Assembly: GCA_963717505.1 (NCBI GenBank) | Contig: OY970342.1 | Span: 1,888,001 to 1,952,000, forward strand | From: Candidatus Eiseniibacteriota bacterium | GTDB taxonomy: Bacteria; Eisenbacteria; RBG-16-71-46 | Direction: 5' to 3' | DNA length: 64,000 nucleotides | Part shown: positions 58,222-64,000 of the stretch, one piece after another | Layout of the letters: each line of letters begins with the position of its first letter | Position numbering within the stretch: position 1 is the stretch's first letter | Made by a program: the position numbers and the translations under genes | The notes under the pieces: model-generated | What the model was told of the DNA's origin: nothing | The model's database searches: none | Seen by the model: only the letters and a program-made list of their open reading frames with translations

Positions 58222-59217
58222 GTGACCGTGTCTACGCTCATACCGAACCCGGCGTCCCAGGACGCTGGGCTTTTTCATGCGCCCGAGCAGGTCGTTGGCC
58301 CGCACTTGCTGGGTCTCGAGGGGGTCGGTCGGCCGGAGCTGACCGCGATCCTCGACTCGGCGGTCCACTATCGCGAGCGGACGCGCGCCCGCGAGACCTC
58401 GGAAGTGCTCCGCGGGGTCGCGGTCTGCCTGGCCTTCTTCGAGGACTCGACCCGGACTCGCGTCAGCTTCGAGCTGGCCGCGCGCCGGCTGGGCGCGATG
58501 CCCGTGGTGGTCTTCCCGCAGGGGTCTTCGATGTCCAAGGGTGAGAGCCTGCTGGACACCCTGCAGACCATCGTCTCGATGCGCGTCGATCTGGTCGTCG
58601 TGCGGCATCGGTCGGCCGGGGCCTCGCACTACCTCGCTCGCCACCTCGACGCCGGGGTGATCAACGGCGGCGACGGGGCGCACGAGCATCCGACTCAGGG
58701 CCTGCTCGATCTGCTCACCCTGCGCGACGCCTGGCATGGACGCTTCGACGGCCGGCGGATCGCGATCGTCGGCGACCTCGCGCACTCCCGGGTCGCGCGC
58801 TCCGCGATCTTCGGACTGACGACTCTCGGGGCGCGGATCACGGTGGCCGGTCCCGCGACGCTGATGCCGGAGGGCATCGCGAACCTCGGCTGCGACGTCG
58901 CGCCGACCGTCGAAGACGCGCTGCGCGGCGCCGATGCCGCGATGGCGCTGCGGGTCCAGCACGAGCGGATGGAGAAGAGCCTGATTCCCTCGACCCGCGA
59001 GTACGCGCGGCGGTGGGGACTGAACTCGGAGCGCGTGCAACTGATGAAAGCGGATGCGGTCGTCCTGCACCCGGGACCGTTCAATCGCGACGTCGAGATC
59101 GCCTCCGGCGTGGTCGACGGGGAGCGTTCGGTGATCTGGCGGCAGGTCGAGAACGGCGCCGCGGTGCGCTGCGCGGTGCTCGAGCGCTGCGCGCGGGCGC
59201 GCGGAGCCGCGCGATGA
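58222..59217 (+). CDS. pyrB: Aspartate carbamoyltransferase catalytic subunit
   Basis: FFEDSTRTRVSFE, KGESL, INGGDGAHEHPTQGLLD, HSRVARS, HPGP. Confidence 0.96.
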   Translation: MTVSTLIPNPASQDAGLFHAPEQVVGPHLLGLEGVGRPELTAILDSAVHYRERTRARETSEVLRGVAVCLAFFEDSTRTRVSFELAARRLGAMPVVVFPQGSSMSKGESLLDTLQTIVSMRVDLVVVRHRSAGASHYLARHLDAGVINGGDGAHEHPTQGLLDLLTLRDAWHGRFDGRRIAIVGDLAHSRVARSAIFGLTTLGARITVAGPATLMPEGIANLGCDVAPTVEDALRGADAAMALRVQHERMEKSLIPSTREYARRWGLNSERVQLMKADAVVLHPGPFNRDVEIASGVVDGERSVIWRQVENGAAVRCAVLERCARARGAAR

Positions 59218-60530
59218 CCGGTCTCCGGATCCAGAACGCGCGACACTGGCGGACCGGCGAGCCCATCGAGGTCGCGATCCGAGACGGGATGATTCAGAGC
59301 GTTTCATCCGCCCCCAAGGGGGAGACACTCGAGAGCATCGATGCCGGCGGCGCGATCCTGGCGCCGGGCCTGGTCGACCTTCACGTCCACCTGCGCGAGC
59401 CCGGGCAGTCGGGAAAAGAGACCATCGTTTCGGGCACGCGCGCCGCGGCCGCCGGGGGTTTCACCGCAGTCGCGTGCATGCCCAACACCGAGCCGGTGCT
59501 CGACTCGCCGGCCTGGATCGAATGGGTGATGAGCCGTGCTCGCGACGCTGGATCCTGCCGCGTGCACCCGATCGCCGCGGTCACGATCGGCCAGAAGGGC
59601 GAGCAGCTCGCCGAGCTGGCTTCCCTGGCCGCCGCGGGGGCGGTGGCGTTCTCCGACGACGGCCGCCCGATCATGAGCGCCGGCATGATGCGCCGTGCAC
59701 TCGAATACGCGCGCGACCTCGGCCGGCCGATCGTCTGCCACGAAGAGGACCTGACGCTCCGCGGCGACGGGCACATGAACGAGGGCCCGGTCGCGACCCG
59801 GCTCGGACTGGCCGGCATCCCGACCGAGGCCGAGAGCGTCATGGTTCGGCGCGATTGCGATCTGGTCGAGCGCACCGGCGGCCGGGCCCACTTCGCGCAC
59901 CTCTCCTGCGTGCGCTCGCTCGACGCGGTGCGCGAAGCCAAGCAGCGCGGACTCCCGGTGAGCGCCGAGACCTGCCCGCACTACTGGACGCTGACCGACG
60001 ACGCCGTGGGTCGCTGGGACACGAACGCCAAGATGAACCCGCCGCTGCGCTCCGAGCGTGACCGCCTCGCGGTGATCGAGGCGATCGCCGACGGCACCGT
60101 GGACTGCCTGACCACCGACCACGCGCCGCACCGCGCGACCGAGAAGGACCTGCCGTTCGACCAGGCGCCGTTCGGCATCGTCGGCCTCGAGACCGCTCTG
60201 GCCCTGACGATCACGAATCTCGTGACCCCCGGGCACATCTCGATGGCGCGCGCGCTCGAGCTGTGGACCGAGGCGCCACGGCGGGTGTTCGGGCTCCCGC
60301 CGGTCGTACTCGCGCCGGGGCATCCGGCGGACCTGGTGCTCATTCGGCCCGACGAGGAGTGGACGGTGAATCCCGAGAAGTTCCATTCACTGGGACGCAA
60401 TACGCCCTTCGCCGGAGCGCGCCTGCAGGGCGTCGTGCTCGCCACGGTCTGCGGCGGGCGCGTCACGCACGCCCACGCCTCTCTGGTTCGTTCGCGCGGT
60501 GCGGCGGCGATGGCGGAGGCGCCTCGATGA
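59214..60530 (+). CDS. pyrC: Dihydroorotase
   Basis: PGLVDLHVHLREPG, MPNT, FSDDG, KMNPPLR, TDHAPH, GLETAL, NTPF. Confidence 0.95.
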   Translation: MTGLRIQNARHWRTGEPIEVAIRDGMIQSVSSAPKGETLESIDAGGAILAPGLVDLHVHLREPGQSGKETIVSGTRAAAAGGFTAVACMPNTEPVLDSPAWIEWVMSRARDAGSCRVHPIAAVTIGQKGEQLAELASLAAAGAVAFSDDGRPIMSAGMMRRALEYARDLGRPIVCHEEDLTLRGDGHMNEGPVATRLGLAGIPTEAESVMVRRDCDLVERTGGRAHFAHLSCVRSLDAVREAKQRGLPVSAETCPHYWTLTDDAVGRWDTNAKMNPPLRSERDRLAVIEAIADGTVDCLTTDHAPHRATEKDLPFDQAPFGIVGLETALALTITNLVTPGHISMARALELWTEAPRRVFGLPPVVLAPGHPADLVLIRPDEEWTVNPEKFHSLGRNTPFAGARLQGVVLATVCGGRVTHAHASLVRSRGAAAMAEAPR

Positions 60531-61684
60531 GCCTGCGGCCGCCTGCGATTCTGGCGCTCGAAGACGGCCGCGTGTTTCGCGGCGAGGCGTTCGGCGCCGA
60601 GACCGAAACCACCGGCGAAGTCGTGTTCAACACCTCGATGACCGGTTACCAGGAGGTGTTGTCCGATCCGTCCTACTGCGGCCAGATCATCACCTTCACC
60701 TACCCGCTGCTCGGGAACTACGGCGTCAACTCGCAGGATTGGGAGAGCGACCGGATTCGCGCGCAGGCCGTGGTCTGCCGCGAGATCTGCGATCGGCCGA
60801 GCAGCTGGCGCTCCGAGGGCACGCTGGGCGGGCTGCTCGAGCAGAACGGGATTCCGGGCATCAGCGGCATCGACACCCGTGCGCTGACCCGGCACCTGCG
60901 CGACCACGGGGTCATGCGCGGCTGCTTGTCGTCGGTCGAAAAGAACCCCGACGCCTTGGTCGACCGCGCGCGCAAGAGCCCGAGCATGCTCGGACTCGGA
61001 CTCGCCGACCTGGTCACCTGTGCGGAGCCCTACGAGTGGACCGACGGCGGTCCGACGCCGATCGACGCGCGGGCCGAGGACGACCGTCCGCTGATCGCCG
61101 TGCTCGACTGCGGCGTCAAGTACGGGATCCTGCGCCGTCTCCAGGCCGAAGGGTTCCGAGTCCGCGTGCTCCCGGCGCGTACGACCGCGTCCGAAGTGCT
61201 CGCGCATCACCCGTCGGGGGTGGTGTTGTCCAACGGACCCGGGGACCCCGAACCGCTCGACTTCGCCGTCGAAGCCGCGCGCGGCCTGTGCGGCAAGGTC
61301 CCGGTGCTCGGCATCTGCCTCGGTCACCAGCTGCTCGGGCTCGCCTACGGCGGCACGACCCGCAAGCTCAAGTTCGGACATCGCGGCATCAACCACCCGG
61401 TGATCGACCGGCGGAACGGCGTGATCGAGATCACGTCCCAGAACCACGGCTTCATGGTCGATCCCTCGGGCCTCCCCGACGAGCTGGAGCAGACCCACTG
61501 GAGCTGCAACGACGGCACGCTCGAAGGCATGGTGCACAAGAGCCAGCCGGTGCTGTCGTGCCAGTACCACCCCGAGGCGAGTGCGGGGCCACACGATGCG
61601 CGGCCGTGGTTCCGCCGCTTCGCCGAGCAGGTGGTGCGTTCGCGGCCGGCCGCGGCACCGGTGCTGGTCGGAGGGCGGCGCTGA
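60527..61684 (+). CDS. carA: Carbamoyl-phosphate synthase small subunit
   Basis: GEVVFNTSMTGYQE, LSNGPGDP, GICLGHQ, SQNHG, QYHPE. Confidence 0.96.
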   Translation: MSLRPPAILALEDGRVFRGEAFGAETETTGEVVFNTSMTGYQEVLSDPSYCGQIITFTYPLLGNYGVNSQDWESDRIRAQAVVCREICDRPSSWRSEGTLGGLLEQNGIPGISGIDTRALTRHLRDHGVMRGCLSSVEKNPDALVDRARKSPSMLGLGLADLVTCAEPYEWTDGGPTPIDARAEDDRPLIAVLDCGVKYGILRRLQAEGFRVRVLPARTTASEVLAHHPSGVVLSNGPGDPEPLDFAVEAARGLCGKVPVLGICLGHQLLGLAYGGTTRKLKFGHRGINHPVIDRRNGVIEITSQNHGFMVDPSGLPDELEQTHWSCNDGTLEGMVHKSQPVLSCQYHPEASAGPHDARPWFRRFAEQVVRSRPAAAPVLVGGRR

Positions 61685-62242
61685 TGCCAAGCAATCCGGA
61701 CCTTGTTCCCCTGTTGAAGGAGGAACTTCGAAGTTTCTTGCGATCAGCAAGAGTCCTCTTGGCTCACGGCGAGTCCACTACTTATGAGCCACTACCAGCA
61801 GCAGCGCTGACCTTCATCTTGATCGAGTCTATGGGAAGCATCTTAGAAGGCAACGAGCTCGTAAGAGTCACCGTTGATGAGAAATTGAGGAAGATATCCA
61901 ACAATCGACAGCACATCTTCATTCTCAACACCAAGTACTTTGACCTGAACCTTTCTGAGATGACTCTGGATCTAGCCCATGATTCGTTTCGAAACCCTCT
62001 CGTGCATCAATGCGCAATCGGCGGGGATGGTTGCTTGCGCCCTTTCGGACTGGTGTTGGAGAAGGGAGACAAAACGGAGGCCTTTCCTCCACTTATCATC
62101 TTAGGCAGTGGCCACCTCCAAGTCGCTCTCAGCAACCTTCTTGATCGAACAGAGAGAGCCTTGGATGCTTTTCTCGCCGACTTGGATGAACTTGCCAAAT
62201 CCAGCCCGAGGTTGAAGTACCTTTACTTGGAGTCTTCATCTA

Positions 62243-62259
<17 letters not shown>
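61684..62259 (+). CDS. AT-rich hypothetical protein (191 aa) with an R-X4-H HEPN-like motif, inserted between carA and carB
   Basis: TGATG coupling to carA; visibly lower GC than the flanks; RNPLVH at 61990-62007; overlaps the carB start by 17 nt. Confidence 0.65.

Positions 62260-64000
<1,741 letters not shown>

Overview
High-GC bacterial chromosomal window. The protein styles (many C-terminal FlgD-Ig/T9SS-like tails, a Cys-rich dockerin-like protein) suggest an FCB-superphylum candidate lineage such as Ca. Eisenbacteria; this is inference only. The left half (1-31 kb) is accessory. It holds three ~1500-aa paralogous secreted proteins with a FlgD-Ig tail. These bracket a MacAB-like export cluster (one membrane fusion protein, two ATPases, four duplicated-domain permeases, one TPR protein), a VOC gene and an NtrC-family sigma54 two-component pair. 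A candidate sigma54 promoter with tandem palindromic activator sites precedes the cluster. The middle carries leucine-catabolism genes (MCC beta, hydratase, split MCC alpha), MscS, dienelactone hydrolase, then phoH-HDIG-ybeY-DUF502-recO, an NHL/FlgD protein and glyQS. The right part carries a dockerin-like secreted protein, a Ser/Thr kinase-TPR gene and an intact IS1202-type element (47-bp IRs, 16-bp target duplication). It continues with a DUF928-like/TPR gene, pyrR, a degenerate CHAT protein, and pyrB-pyrC-carA-[AT-rich HEPN-like ORF]-carB with a PyrR binding loop over the pyrB RBS. No rRNA, tRNA or CRISPR array was seen. All family assignments come from motif recognition, not database searches.
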